From contig JAFLBE010000007.1 of the NCBI GenBank assembly GCA_017303995.1, forward strand, positions 26,163-90,162: a DNA stretch of 64,000 nt, in the 5' to 3' direction. The notes under the pieces were generated by a model. It was not told where the DNA came from and did not search any database. It worked only from the letters and a program-made list of their open reading frames with translations. Position 1 is the first letter of the stretch, and the number at the start of each line of letters is the position of its first letter. Shown here piece after piece: positions 47,844 to 59,532 of the stretch. The position numbers and the translations under genes are program-made. The DNA comes from Bacteroidota bacterium (GTDB taxonomy: Bacteria; Bacteroidota; JABWAT01).

Positions 47844-48770
47844 ATGGAAAAAGTCACCGTTTTTGCTCCGGCAACCTGTGCCAATGTTGCCGTTGGTTTT
47901 GATATTTTGGGTTTTGCGCTGAATGCAATCGGTGATTCAATTTCCATCGAAAGAATTGATGAACCCAAAGTTGTTATCACTGAGATTACGGGTACAAATG
48001 AAAACCTTCCGCTCGATCCTGTTTTGAATGTGTCGGGTGCGGTTTTATTAAAACTTATTGCCGATCATCAACTCAATTTCGGATTTGAACTTTCCATCCA
48101 CAAGGGAATTCCTTTAGGAAGCGGAATGGGTGGTTCTGCTGCTTCTTCGGTTGGGGCTTTGGTAGGCGCCAATGCACTTTTAGATTCCCCACTTTCAAAA
48201 AACGAATTGCTTTCCTATGCACTTTTAGGCGAAAAAGTGGCAAGTGGTTCTGCTCATGGTGATAATGTAACGCCATGTTTGTTTGGCGGATTAACTTTAA
48301 CCCGGTCACTCGATCCGGTTGATGTGATCAATATTCCGGTTCCTGAAGGAGTTTTTGCTGTTATTCTTCATCCTCACTACCGTTTGGATACAAGACTAAG
48401 CCGTTCCGTTCTGAAAAAAGATTTACCGCTTGCAGATTTTGTTGCCCAGTCTGCAAATCTGGCCGGATTTATGGCCGGGTGTTACAGTCAGGATATAAGC
48501 CTGATAAAACGGTCACTCAAAGATGTGCTGATTGAACCTAGACGGGCATCTTTGCTTCCTGGTTTTTTTCCGGTAAAACGGGCGGCACTGGATAATGGTG
48601 CCATCGGTTGTTCAATCTCGGGCTCTGGTCCATCCATTTTTGCCTGGGTTGAAGGTCAGGAGCATGCTGATAAAGTCAGAAGGGAAATGGTCACTGCTTT
48701 GGAATCTGAAGGGTTGCAATGTGATTCCTGGGTTTCTGAAATCAATCGTCAGGGTGCTTTCATTCTCTGA
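47844..48770 (+). CDS. thrB: Homoserine kinase
   Basis: GHMP kinase motif IPLGSGMGGSAAS. 308 aa. Confidence 0.9.
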   Translation: MEKVTVFAPATCANVAVGFDILGFALNAIGDSISIERIDEPKVVITEITGTNENLPLDPVLNVSGAVLLKLIADHQLNFGFELSIHKGIPLGSGMGGSAASSVGALVGANALLDSPLSKNELLSYALLGEKVASGSAHGDNVTPCLFGGLTLTRSLDPVDVINIPVPEGVFAVILHPHYRLDTRLSRSVLKKDLPLADFVAQSANLAGFMAGCYSQDISLIKRSLKDVLIEPRRASLLPGFFPVKRAALDNGAIGCSISGSGPSIFAWVEGQEHADKVRREMVTALESEGLQCDSWVSEINRQGAFIL

Positions 48771-48794
48771 TTTTTCATTTTTAATTTAAAAGTC

Positions 48795-50060
48795 ATGAAA
48801 TATATTTCTACACGATCAAATTCGCCGGCAGCTTCGGTATCAGAAGCCATTCAAAAAGGACTTGCCGACGATGGCGGACTTTATGTTCCTGAAAATTTTC
48901 CGGTTATTGACTGGTCTGGCATAAAAAACTGGAATGATTTTCCTTCAGTTGCTGCTTATGCATTGAAACCATTCTTCGAAGGTGATCCGCTTCAGGGTGA
49001 ACTTGATGAAATTTGTAAATCTGCTTTTAATTTCCCACTACCGCTTGATCTCGTGACCGACCGTGTTGCCTTTCTGGAGTTGTTTCATGGTCCGACTGCC
49101 GCCTTTAAAGATGTGGGTGCCCGTTTTCTTTCGGAATGTCTCGTCAGGATCCGGAAAAATAATCCACGACCATTGACCATTGCAGTTGCAACATCTGGTG
49201 ATACGGGTGGGGCAGTAGCTGCTGCATTTTACAACAAACCCGGAATCAAGGTTAAGGTGCTGTTTCCAAAGGGAAGAGTTTCTGAACGTCAGGAAAAACA
49301 GCTGACCTGCTGGGGCGGAAACATCGAAGCTTACTCAGTCAGAGGAACATTTGACGACTGTCAGAAACTGGTGAAAGAAGCTTTTACACAAAGCTGGATA
49401 ACTGAAAATACCGATCTGAGTTCAGCAAATTCCATTAATATTGCCCGTTTGCTTCCTCAGATGACTTATTATGTTTATGCAGCCAATTTGTATTATCGGT
49501 TAACAGATGAGAAACCGGTTGTGATTATTCCAAGCGGAAACGTCGGTAATTCTGCCGGGGCCTTCTGGGCAAAACAAATTGGTGCCCCAATCAAAGAAAT
49601 CGTCCTTGCAGTGAACGCCAACCGGCCAATACCTGATTTTCTTGAAACAGGGAAGTGGGAACCACGGGCAAGTATTCAAACGCTTGCCAATGCAATGGAT
49701 GTCGGGAACCCGAGCAATATGGAGCGGATCAGAAATCTGTTTCCTGACTTTTCTGAGTTAAAGGCTGCTTTTACTTCTTTCAGTGTCAGTGACGAAGAAA
49801 TTAAAAAGACAATTAAAACCACCTTTGTGCAATCTGGAATGGTTCTTTGTCCGCATACGGCAGTTGGGGAATTTGTAAGGAAAAGGTGGTTTCCTGATTC
49901 ATTTACTATTGTGGTAGCAACTGCTCACCCCGCAAAATTTGAAACGATTGTTGAACCAGAAATTGGACAGAAAGTTTCAGTGCCCACTGTTTTATCTGAC
50001 CTGCTAAATCGCCAGTCCTTTGTAAAAGAAATTGATCCTGATCTTCATTCATTTTTCTGA
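48795..50060 (+). CDS. thrC: Threonine synthase
   Basis: PLP-lysine motif FHGPTAAFKDVGARF. 421 aa. Confidence 0.9.
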   Translation: MKYISTRSNSPAASVSEAIQKGLADDGGLYVPENFPVIDWSGIKNWNDFPSVAAYALKPFFEGDPLQGELDEICKSAFNFPLPLDLVTDRVAFLELFHGPTAAFKDVGARFLSECLVRIRKNNPRPLTIAVATSGDTGGAVAAAFYNKPGIKVKVLFPKGRVSERQEKQLTCWGGNIEAYSVRGTFDDCQKLVKEAFTQSWITENTDLSSANSINIARLLPQMTYYVYAANLYYRLTDEKPVVIIPSGNVGNSAGAFWAKQIGAPIKEIVLAVNANRPIPDFLETGKWEPRASIQTLANAMDVGNPSNMERIRNLFPDFSELKAAFTSFSVSDEEIKKTIKTTFVQSGMVLCPHTAVGEFVRKRWFPDSFTIVVATAHPAKFETIVEPEIGQKVSVPTVLSDLLNRQSFVKEIDPDLHSFF

Positions 50061-50183
50061 TTATTCTGCTATAAATCCTTTAATTTCCCATGGGAATCAC
50101 TGTATATTTGGCTAATAACTGATTTCCTTAAATAAATCACTTATTTTTAGACTTTTTATGACCAAGCTCAGAAAAGGAAGACC

Positions 50184-51044
<861 letters not shown>

Positions 51045-51061
51045 TTGAAAGACTAGTCGGT

Positions 51062-52282
51062 TTGAAACATCTTTTAATTATCAACCAGCATTACTACCCT
51101 GATTTTGCTGCTACCGGACAATTACTGGCTGAGCTATGTGAAGACCTTGAAAAAGCTGGATTTAAAATTACCGTAATAACCGGGTATCCCGAACCTGGCA
51201 CCTATCCCGATCATTTATCGCCAAAGAAACTGGAAATTATTGGAAATCTGACAATCTACCGGCTTTATAACCACCCCGCGGGAAATAAATCAATTTCAAA
51301 CCGGCTTCTTCATTTTTTTAGTTTTTGGCTTGGATCCATCAGAACCGCCTTACTTACCCGAAAAGTTGACCTCGTTTTTGTAATGAGTACACCGCCGTTA
51401 CTTAATGGTATGACTGCCAATTTGCTAAGGCTGATAAAAAGAGTCCCCTATGTTTACAACGTTCAGGATTTATATCCGGCTATTGCAGTTAAAATGGGAA
51501 CGCTTACTAACAAGCCACTCATTCGGTTTTCAGAATGGGCAGAGAAAATTATCAACTCAAAATCAGTCCGGATTGTTACCTTATCTGAACCCATGAAAGC
51601 GGCAATTGCTCATAGTGGAGTTGAATCGGAAAAAATTCAGATTATTCCCAATTGGAGTGATGACCAGTTATTATTTCCTCAAACCACAAGTTCCTTTCGG
51701 ACGTTAAACCAACTCGGCAATAAATTTGTCATCATGTACTCTGGAAACATAGGAAAAAGTCAGGGGCTTGATGTCATATTAAGCCTGGCTCCGGAGCTGG
51801 AAAAAGAATATCCTGAAATCCATTTTTGTGTGATAGGAAATGGTGTGAATCTTCCATCTCTGAAAGAACAAGTTGCAAAATATGAGATCACCAATGTTTC
51901 TTTTTATCCCTTTCAGGCAAAGGAAACCCTTTCTGATAGTTTAAATGCCGCTGATATTCATCTGATTCCACTTACCGAAAAAATGGCAAAATACCTGTTG
52001 CCCTCTAAACTTTATGGAATTCTTGCAGTTGGGAAACCCATACTTGCAATTGTTGACCCAGAGACAGAGATAGATTTATTAGTGAAGCAAACCGGTTGTG
52101 GATATTCAGTTAAGCCCGGTGCTCAAACTGACTTAAAGGAAGTTATTACCAACGCCTACTTGAATAGGGAGAGTCTTTTAGAAATGGGAAATAGAGGCAG
52201 AACCTATTTCCTTGATAATTTAACCAGGAAAATTGCTGTAAACTCGTATTCCACCCTTTTTTCTAAGTTAACCTCCAGATAA
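51062..52282 (+). CDS. Glycosyltransferase family 4 (WbuB/WcaI-like)
   Basis: N-terminus HLLIINQHYYPDFAATGQL typical of WbuB-type GT4, plus a C-terminal GT-B E-x7-E region. Confidence 0.8.
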   Translation: MKHLLIINQHYYPDFAATGQLLAELCEDLEKAGFKITVITGYPEPGTYPDHLSPKKLEIIGNLTIYRLYNHPAGNKSISNRLLHFFSFWLGSIRTALLTRKVDLVFVMSTPPLLNGMTANLLRLIKRVPYVYNVQDLYPAIAVKMGTLTNKPLIRFSEWAEKIINSKSVRIVTLSEPMKAAIAHSGVESEKIQIIPNWSDDQLLFPQTTSSFRTLNQLGNKFVIMYSGNIGKSQGLDVILSLAPELEKEYPEIHFCVIGNGVNLPSLKEQVAKYEITNVSFYPFQAKETLSDSLNAADIHLIPLTEKMAKYLLPSKLYGILAVGKPILAIVDPETEIDLLVKQTGCGYSVKPGAQTDLKEVITNAYLNRESLLEMGNRGRTYFLDNLTRKIAVNSYSTLFSKLTSR

Positions 52283-52393
52283 ATGGGTGATGTCTATCAT
52301 AGTTCTGGCTATGCTCATAGAGAGAGTGAAGTATTTTTTGTATCTTTAATGTTCTGTTTAAATCGTGATATTTAAAATGCAATCCGGATTTGG

Positions 52394-54058
52394 ATGTTAA
52401 ATTTCTATTCCTTTGTTTTGGCTCTCGCCACCTCTTTTTTCCTGATGCCAGTAATTATAAAATTGGCTACCAGACTAAATTTGATTGATAAACCCGGTGA
52501 AAGAAAAGTCCATACTCAGGCTGTTCCAAGAGTCGGAGGTGTTGCTGTTGTCATTTCCTTCATTTTCGCTATTCTTTTGTTGGGTCCTGCAAGTTCTCCT
52601 GTTTTAAAAGGGATCACAACGGGTGCACTCATTGTTGCGATGGTTGGACTTCTTGATGATTATTCCAGTCTGAATCCCTACATCAAATTTTTCGGGCAGA
52701 TTGTAGCTGGTTCAGTTGCACTTGCAATTTCAGGTCTTTCCATTTCCCAAATTGACATTCTTGGCTTGTATAAAATCGATTTGGGATGGGCATCATACCC
52801 TTTCACCTTACTTTGGATTATTGGGATAACAAATGCCGTCAATTTAATGGATGGTTTGGATGGACTTGCCGCCGGTATTGTTTCTATTGCGCTTTTTTTC
52901 CTTGGTCTAATTGGATATCTGCAGGGCCACCTGATTCTTGTATTTATCAGTGCAACTTTATTGGGGTCAACTCTCGGGTTTTTAAAGTATAATGCGCATC
53001 CCGCCAGTGTTTTTATGGGTGATGTCGGATCTTATTTTCTGGGTTTTATCCTATCCATGCTTACCCTGGTTGGATCATTTAAATCTGCAGCCGTTATGGC
53101 TCTTGCTCTCCCAATTACCATTTTGGGTTTACCAATTCTCGATACGGTTTGGGCATTTTCACGAAGAATTCTATCCGGTAAAAATCCCTTTTCTCCTGAT
53201 AAATTGCATATTCATCATCGATTGATGGGACTTGGTCTTGGCCATGGCCTTACCGTTATGTTTATGTACGGTATAGCCACTTTTTTAGGGATGATTGCTG
53301 TTCTATCCGTTTATCAGTACCAATTTAAAGAACTTTCCCTTTTAGTTGTTGGCGTCTCAATGGTTTTCGCCGCATTTAAATTGGTTACCTACATCAGAAA
53401 CCGACCAACTTTGAAGTCTCTTTTTAAAAAGAGATTCAGTCCAATTCCGGTATCCATCTTTTTCTCATTAAGACTAACACTATTCCTTCCTCTTATTATC
53501 AGAAACCTCATTATTGTTGCGCTTTTACTAAACATTGTTGTTTTAACACATACAACAATTGAAGGAATTATAATTGGTTCCATTTTGGTTGCCGGCTTGC
53601 TTTATCTCTATCTGACTTCAAAAACAGTTTGGTATGAACAGTTTATGATGTTTGTTCTATTTCTTTCTGGTGCATTTATCATATTTACTGCAGAGCAGGT
53701 TATTGATCCGGTTTTTATCGGAACCATCTCTGCGGAAGTGTTTTCGAATGTTCTTTATTCTCTGATCGGGTTTCTGATTTTGTTTAATATTGTTGTTAAG
53801 CAACTCAGCGGAAATTTTCTGTCGAACCCATTTGAGTTTTTTATTCTCCTTTTTGTGATTTCTTTAAATATTTTGCCTCCATCTGTTGTTCAGGAATTCC
53901 ACCTTGCCGCCGTTAGTATCAAATCAATTATTCTATTCCTCGGCTACCGGTTACTTCTTGAATACCATTTGCAGAGAAGTCGCCGGATTGTCTACGTTTC
54001 GTTTGGCGTTATTCTCTTCACCATTGGTTACTCATTGTATTTGATGTGGGTTGTGTAA
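52394..54058 (+). CDS. wecA: Undecaprenyl-phosphate sugar-1-phosphate transferase (WecA/MraY family) with ~200-aa extra C-terminal polytopic region
   Basis: N-terminus LMPVIIKLATRLNLIDKPGERKVHTQAVPRVGG and the DDxxD-like motif MVGLLDDYSSL. The 554-aa length exceeds the typical ~350-370 aa. Confidence 0.8.
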   Translation: MLNFYSFVLALATSFFLMPVIIKLATRLNLIDKPGERKVHTQAVPRVGGVAVVISFIFAILLLGPASSPVLKGITTGALIVAMVGLLDDYSSLNPYIKFFGQIVAGSVALAISGLSISQIDILGLYKIDLGWASYPFTLLWIIGITNAVNLMDGLDGLAAGIVSIALFFLGLIGYLQGHLILVFISATLLGSTLGFLKYNAHPASVFMGDVGSYFLGFILSMLTLVGSFKSAAVMALALPITILGLPILDTVWAFSRRILSGKNPFSPDKLHIHHRLMGLGLGHGLTVMFMYGIATFLGMIAVLSVYQYQFKELSLLVVGVSMVFAAFKLVTYIRNRPTLKSLFKKRFSPIPVSIFFSLRLTLFLPLIIRNLIIVALLLNIVVLTHTTIEGIIIGSILVAGLLYLYLTSKTVWYEQFMMFVLFLSGAFIIFTAEQVIDPVFIGTISAEVFSNVLYSLIGFLILFNIVVKQLSGNFLSNPFEFFILLFVISLNILPPSVVQEFHLAAVSIKSIILFLGYRLLLEYHLQRSRRIVYVSFGVILFTIGYSLYLMWVV

Positions 54059-55617
54059 TGGCTAAAATTCTATTCCTGTTTTGCTTCGGTTGTTATTTCT
54101 CCGCTACAGATTTACTTTCTCAAACTCTGCCTTGGGTACAAGATGACCGATCCGAATCAGAATGGTATTCAGAATTGAAGCTCAGATATCCTGATTCCTT
54201 TTCTTCATTTGAAAGCAATCCTGAATCCTGGGAAAAATGGTTGTCAGCAAGTAAAATACTGAACTCAAAATTTGAAAAAGTTTGGAACCAGGAACTTCGC
54301 CAAAGATACACCCAACAAGATACCTCGGCATTCTTTATGAATTTTATGGCCTATGGTTCTTTGACAGGTGCTTCAAAACCAATTTACACCAAAAATATAA
54401 GGGGTACTGGCTATGGTGGTGCCTGGGCAAAACTTGGAAAATACACCGTTTTTTCTTCCATATTTCAGATTGACAATGATGTCAGTATTGATAATGATTA
54501 TCGAGGCAGAACACTAAATGTAGTAAACAATGAGCAGGTAAAGGGTTTCCTCATTCACAAACATGCCTATATTTCTTTCAAAATGGGTTGGTTTGAAGCA
54601 ATTGGTGGAAAAAATAAAATTGGATGGGGGCCAACCTCAACAAGTTCGTTGATTTTAAGTCACTCGGCACCTCCTCTTGATCTGATTTGGTTCCGTTATA
54701 CGGCAGGCTCATTCCGGGTAACCCATTTCTTTTCACAGATGGATTATTCAATATTCTCCAAAAAGGATAATCCTTCACTTTTATCAGATACCGAAATCCA
54801 GCGAAACCTGGCAGGTGTCAGAATTGAAGCAAGAGTTACAAATAATTTAACTGCCGGGCTTTCTCAAACCATTCTTTTCCCAACACGTTCGCCGGGGTTC
54901 AGGATTGTTTACCTGAATCCGCTTGTAACGTATTTTGGTGAACGTGAAAATATTGGTTTGTCTGCACTTGATGATAATATCAACTATTCTGCAGACCTTT
55001 CCTTCAGAATTCCGGGTTTGCATTCTTATGCTTCACTTTTAATTGATGATTTTTCTTTGGATGGAACAGTTAATAACAAACTTGGTTTTCAAATTGGTAC
55101 TGAACTTTCTGATCCGGTTTTTTCATTTCCGGCCTCATTTCTTATTGAAATAACTAAGATCAACCCAAAGGTTTATACCGTTAAAAATACTGGTGGTCCT
55201 CTTTGGTTAAATTATGTTTTTTATGGAAAAATGCTTTCAATAACTCAACCAGATTTCTCAAACGGATCAATTTTGGGTCATCCTTTAGGTCCTGATGCCT
55301 GGCAAATTTATACTCGCTTAAAGTACTGGGATTTTTACCCATTTCGGATGGATGCCGCCTTTTTATATCGGGTTTTGGGAAAAGAAAATACCCTCATCGC
55401 ACAGGGTTCACCTTTTGAACGTGACGAAAGTCACGCTTTTTATGAAATTAAAACTGGCTATGAATGGACCGGTTGGATGGTGACTTCTCTTTTTGTTCAA
55501 AACAGAACGCAGATTAATTCTGGACACCTCAGGCAAAACACCTCTGATTGGCTCATTGGTGGCAGATTTGAAATGGATCTTGGGTACACATATCGATCTG
55601 GAAAAACACTTTTTTAA
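54046..55617 (+). CDS. Outer-membrane beta-barrel protein, possibly Wzi-like capsule-assembly protein
   Basis: Signal peptide, alternating amphipathic beta-strand pattern, C-terminal ...RSGKTLF. Sits between wecA-like and ugd. The Wzi assignment is a guess. Confidence 0.5.
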   Translation: MGCVMAKILFLFCFGCYFSATDLLSQTLPWVQDDRSESEWYSELKLRYPDSFSSFESNPESWEKWLSASKILNSKFEKVWNQELRQRYTQQDTSAFFMNFMAYGSLTGASKPIYTKNIRGTGYGGAWAKLGKYTVFSSIFQIDNDVSIDNDYRGRTLNVVNNEQVKGFLIHKHAYISFKMGWFEAIGGKNKIGWGPTSTSSLILSHSAPPLDLIWFRYTAGSFRVTHFFSQMDYSIFSKKDNPSLLSDTEIQRNLAGVRIEARVTNNLTAGLSQTILFPTRSPGFRIVYLNPLVTYFGERENIGLSALDDNINYSADLSFRIPGLHSYASLLIDDFSLDGTVNNKLGFQIGTELSDPVFSFPASFLIEITKINPKVYTVKNTGGPLWLNYVFYGKMLSITQPDFSNGSILGHPLGPDAWQIYTRLKYWDFYPFRMDAAFLYRVLGKENTLIAQGSPFERDESHAFYEIKTGYEWTGWMVTSLFVQNRTQINSGHLRQNTSDWLIGGRFEMDLGYTYRSGKTLF

Positions 55618-55700
55618 TTGGTTTAATGTATTTTTCTTTACTAATAGAACACCTACCTTTGATATATAATAAAATATTGTTTATTGAACTGGAGTAACAA

Positions 55701-57032
55701 ATGAAGATAACCGTAATCGGAACTGGGTATGTTGGCCTGGTCACAGGAACCTGTCTTGCAGAAACAGGGAATGATGTACTTTGTATTGATATCGACAAGG
55801 CTAAAGTTGAAAAGTTGAAAAATAAGGTAATTCCTATTTTTGAACCGGGTCTGGATTTACTTTTTGCAAGAAATATTAAGGAAGGTCGTCTTCACTTTTC
55901 AACCCAACTGGAAGAAGGTTTTTTGCATGGGGAAGTTTTGTTTTTGGCCCTGCCAACCCCACAGGATGAAGACGGATCTGCAGATTTGAAATATATTCTG
56001 GGTGTAGCCAAAAATATTGGCGAGTTGTACTCAAAACTACCCAAAAGTGGTTATAAAGTTATTGTTGATAAATCTACAGTTCCAGTTGGAACTGCTGAAA
56101 AAGTTCGGGCAGAAGTATTAAAATACTCAAATGGGTTTACTGATTTTGATGTGGTTAGTAATCCCGAATTTCTTCGTGAAGGATATGCAGTTGAAGATTT
56201 CATGAAGCCTGAACGTGTTGTAGTCGGCGTATCCTCCGAAAAGGGGAAAACCGTTATGAATGACGTTTATCAGCCGTTTGTAATGCAGGGAAATCCGATT
56301 TATATGATGGATGAACGTTCTGCAGAAATGACAAAATATGCAGCCAATGCCTTTCTTGCCCTAAAAATTTCCTTTATGAACGAAATTGCAAACCTATGTG
56401 AAAAAGTAGGGGCAAATGTTGATAATGTGCGTATTGGAATTGGATCTGATTCCAGAATCGGAAAACGATTCCTGTTTCCCGGCATTGGTTATGGTGGATC
56501 ATGTTTCCCAAAAGATGTATCTGCACTTAATAAAACTGCTGAGGAATATAAATATGATTTTCGGATTTTGAAATCGGTTATGTCGGTGAATAAAGATCAG
56601 AAAACTGTCATTATTCAGCGTATCAAATCCCATTTTGGATCAGTTGCCGGAAAAACATTTGCAGTTTGGGGACTTGCATTCAAGCCCAATACAGATGACA
56701 TCCGCGATGCACCGGCGATTGAAATAATAAATGCTTTGCTTGCTGAAGGTGCCAAAGTTCAGGCATATGATCCTGAGGCAATGGAAAATGTTAAAGCGAA
56801 ACTTGGTGATAAAATTACCTTCCCTGAAAGCTACTACGGTGCACTTCAGGATGCAGACGCATTAATTGTGGCAACTGAATGGAATGAGTTCCGCCGCCCT
56901 GATTTTTCTGTAATGAAAAGGTTGATGAAGCAACCCATTGTCTTTGACGGACGAAATGTCTATGACGTCAAAACCATGCACGAACAAGGATTTACCTATT
57001 ATTCGATCGGGAGACCAGTCAGTGGAAAATAA
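55701..57032 (+). CDS. ugd: UDP-glucose 6-dehydrogenase
   Basis: [16 protein letters not shown] Rossmann motif, catalytic GGSCFPKD. 443 aa. Confidence 0.9.
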   Translation: MKITVIGTGYVGLVTGTCLAETGNDVLCIDIDKAKVEKLKNKVIPIFEPGLDLLFARNIKEGRLHFSTQLEEGFLHGEVLFLALPTPQDEDGSADLKYILGVAKNIGELYSKLPKSGYKVIVDKSTVPVGTAEKVRAEVLKYSNGFTDFDVVSNPEFLREGYAVEDFMKPERVVVGVSSEKGKTVMNDVYQPFVMQGNPIYMMDERSAEMTKYAANAFLALKISFMNEIANLCEKVGANVDNVRIGIGSDSRIGKRFLFPGIGYGGSCFPKDVSALNKTAEEYKYDFRILKSVMSVNKDQKTVIIQRIKSHFGSVAGKTFAVWGLAFKPNTDDIRDAPAIEIINALLAEGAKVQAYDPEAMENVKAKLGDKITFPESYYGALQDADALIVATEWNEFRRPDFSVMKRLMKQPIVFDGRNVYDVKTMHEQGFTYYSIGRPVSGK

Positions 57033-57972
57033 AAGACGCCCAAGAACGCTCATTACCGGTGGTGCAGGTTTTCTTGGCAGCCACCTTTGCGACAGATTTA
57101 TTGCCGAAGGTCATGATGTTATTGCAATGGATAACCTTATTACGGGATCCACTGATAACATTGCACATTTATCGGGTCATCCTAATTTCAGATTCATCCT
57201 TCATGACGTAAGTAATTACATTTTTGTTGACGGGCCAATTGATTATATCCTTCATTTTGCTTCACCGGCAAGCCCGATTGATTATTTGAAAATTCCTATT
57301 CAAACACTAAAAGTGGGCAGTTTAGGAACACATAATGCCTTGGGACTTGCAAAATCGAAAAATGCAAGGATGCTCATTGCGTCAACATCTGAAGTTTACG
57401 GCGATCCGCTTATTCACCCGCAAACTGAAGACTATTGGGGAAATGTAAATCCTGTGGGTTATCGGGGTTGTTATGACGAAGCGAAACGGTTTGCTGAAGC
57501 AATAACAATGGCCTATCATCGGTACCACAATGTTGAAACCCGAATAATACGCATTTTCAACACATACGGCCCACGGATGAGACTGGATGATGGCCGGGTA
57601 CTCCCAGCTTTTATTGGTCAGGCATTACGTGGAGAAGACCTTTCAGTTTTTGGTGACGGAAGCCAAACCCGTAGTTTCTGCTACGTTTCCGATTTGGTTG
57701 ATGGAATTTTCAAATTACTGATGTCAGATGAATCTGATCCGACCAATATCGGTAATCCGGATGAAATCACCATTCTGCAATTTGCCGAAGAAGTTCTGAA
57801 GTTAACCGGAAGCAAAAGCAAAATCGCCTATAATCCGCTTCCACAGGATGATCCGAAGGTTCGTCAGCCGGATATTACGAAAGCAAGACGAATTCTTGGT
57901 TGGGAACCCAAAGTGAACAGGTCTGAAGGTCTAAAAATTACTTTGGATTACTTCAAACAAAAAGTTCATTAA
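57022..57972 (+). CDS. uxs: UDP-glucuronate decarboxylase (UDP-xylose synthase, SDR family)
   Basis: [21 protein letters not shown] catalytic motif. Proposed GTG start at 57022 overlaps the ugd stop; the track ORF starts at 56938 inside ugd. Confidence 0.75.
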   Translation: MENKRRPRTLITGGAGFLGSHLCDRFIAEGHDVIAMDNLITGSTDNIAHLSGHPNFRFILHDVSNYIFVDGPIDYILHFASPASPIDYLKIPIQTLKVGSLGTHNALGLAKSKNARMLIASTSEVYGDPLIHPQTEDYWGNVNPVGYRGCYDEAKRFAEAITMAYHRYHNVETRIIRIFNTYGPRMRLDDGRVLPAFIGQALRGEDLSVFGDGSQTRSFCYVSDLVDGIFKLLMSDESDPTNIGNPDEITILQFAEEVLKLTGSKSKIAYNPLPQDDPKVRQPDITKARRILGWEPKVNRSEGLKITLDYFKQKVH

Positions 57973-58041
57973 TTTTAGGGGCAGCTGGTCTGCCTCTTTT
58001 TTTCAGTTGGGGTAATTTCCGTATTTCTTGGGATGCCCATC

Positions 58042-58082
58042 TGTCATTCCCGCGAAGGCGGGTTAACAAAGTTCTGCGAAGC
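58042..58082. repeat. TGTCATTCC-family element (TGTCATTCCCGCGAAGGCGGG plus the AAGTTCTGCGAAGC module)
   Basis: Read directly; it matches 33251-33290 in both modules. Confidence 0.65.
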
Positions 58083-58127
58083 TTATCAAGTATTTCAAAT
58101 CTATACGATTTTTTTATTTATTCTTTT

Positions 58128-58751
58128 ATGAACAAACTTGTTTTGTCTGTAATCCTTTTTCTTGGTTTCACTTCACTTTCTGAAGCTCAAGTCAGAGAGT
58201 GGAGCTGGAGTGCTGGTTTCGGTGTTTCGAAGCATTACTTCTATTCAGTCACTGATTATCTCTCAGGATTTGGTGACAATATTGACCGGGGGCAATCTGC
58301 GATAACTACCGAACTCAGGCTCAATAAAGATTTTTACGGAATTTTTGGTATCGGACTTACCTTCAATTTTGATTACACAACCCTGAATCAGTCTATTGCT
58401 GGAAATGAACAGTCGTATGGTTATTCTGCTCATATTTTCTCACTTTATCCCTATTGGATTATCGCATCTGAGAAGCAGTATCATTGGGTAGCCGGAATCC
58501 AAACCGGTAAAATATCCTACGGACTATCTACAACCGGAGTTGGAGCATTTTTACCAAAATCAATTTCAGGTAATGGCTGGTTGTTTGGCCTGCGCTCTGA
58601 TGTTGATTTACTTACAGGCGAAATTACATTTTTTCAACTGTCTGGCGGATTACAAGTTAAAACCAGTGAAAGTGTAAAAAGGGGAAACTCTTCTTTCAAT
58701 TTTAAAAGTTTGGATGCCTGGGTGAGAATGGGAGTGATTTACGATATTTGA
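58128..58751 (+). CDS. Hypothetical exported protein, probable small outer-membrane beta-barrel
   Basis: Signal peptide MNKLVLSVILFLGFTSLSEAQ and alternating hydrophobic pattern. No named motif. Confidence 0.45.
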   Translation: MNKLVLSVILFLGFTSLSEAQVREWSWSAGFGVSKHYFYSVTDYLSGFGDNIDRGQSAITTELRLNKDFYGIFGIGLTFNFDYTTLNQSIAGNEQSYGYSAHIFSLYPYWIIASEKQYHWVAGIQTGKISYGLSTTGVGAFLPKSISGNGWLFGLRSDVDLLTGEITFFQLSGGLQVKTSESVKRGNSSFNFKSLDAWVRMGVIYDI

Positions 58752-59350
58752 ATGAAGAACTTTCTGGTGAGCAGGATATTTTACTGAGAATTCAAAATAT
58801 CCGCCTTCTTATCGACAAAAAATGGCTTCTCCCGGAACCTCCCCATTCATTTGAAGATTTGGTATCTTTCCAAAACCTTTTAATCCGGATCAATTTCCTA
58901 TCTAAAACAAGTGATAAAGGGTCATTTGCCTACGAAAAGGAATTTGTTAAAAAAGGCCGGTTTTGGTTTCGACTCACCTTTTACACCGCGGCATTTTGGT
59001 TTTTGCTAGCCAAAATTATTCTTGTTCCAGCCTTGCCCTCGTTACTCCTTACCTTTTTTATCACCCTCATTCTCATGTGGATTCAATTAGGTGAAGAAAG
59101 GAAAAAATGGGATAAAGAGCACAAGTCTGACCTGAATTCAATTAATCTGGATCAGAATGAACTTGGCAGACTTGGTCTGATTAAATCCGAAATCGAGAAA
59201 AAACTGCAGATAAAAGAACTTACTATTGAATTAATCGAAGATTGGCTGGAAGATTATCAACTTTGGCTTCGTCATGAAAACGAACGCCGTGCACTTGAAG
59301 AATTGGAAAAACAACTTGAATTCATCAGAAACCAACAGGGAAATTCGTAG
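58748..59350 (+). CDS. Hypothetical membrane protein (two predicted TM helices, charged coiled C-terminus)
   Basis: Hydrophobic segments FYTAAFWFLLAKIILVPALPSLLLTFFITLILMWI. It overlaps the upstream ORF by 4 nt. Confidence 0.45.
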   Translation: MNEELSGEQDILLRIQNIRLLIDKKWLLPEPPHSFEDLVSFQNLLIRINFLSKTSDKGSFAYEKEFVKKGRFWFRLTFYTAAFWFLLAKIILVPALPSLLLTFFITLILMWIQLGEERKKWDKEHKSDLNSINLDQNELGRLGLIKSEIEKKLQIKELTIELIEDWLEDYQLWLRHENERRALEELEKQLEFIRNQQGNS

Positions 59351-59482
59351 GTTAGATTTTGTTTTTTAAAGAGAAACCACGTATTTGATCATTTTTTCTG
59401 ACAAATAAAGTCTGAATCAGGCACTTCGACTCCGCTCAGTGACCGTTTCATGCTCATTTTTTTAATTTGTTCATCGTACCCC

Positions 59483-59517
59483 GTATCACTTGCCACTTGT
59501 CACTTACCACTTATTTT
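59483..59517. repeat. Heptanucleotide tandem-repeat array 6 (GTATCAC TTGCCAC TTGTCAC TTACCAC TTATTTT) in the dusB 5' region
   Basis: Period-7 phasing. TTGTCAC is the reverse complement of the GTGACAA unit of array 4. Confidence 0.65.
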
Positions 59518-59532
59518 CCCTACCTTTGCAAC

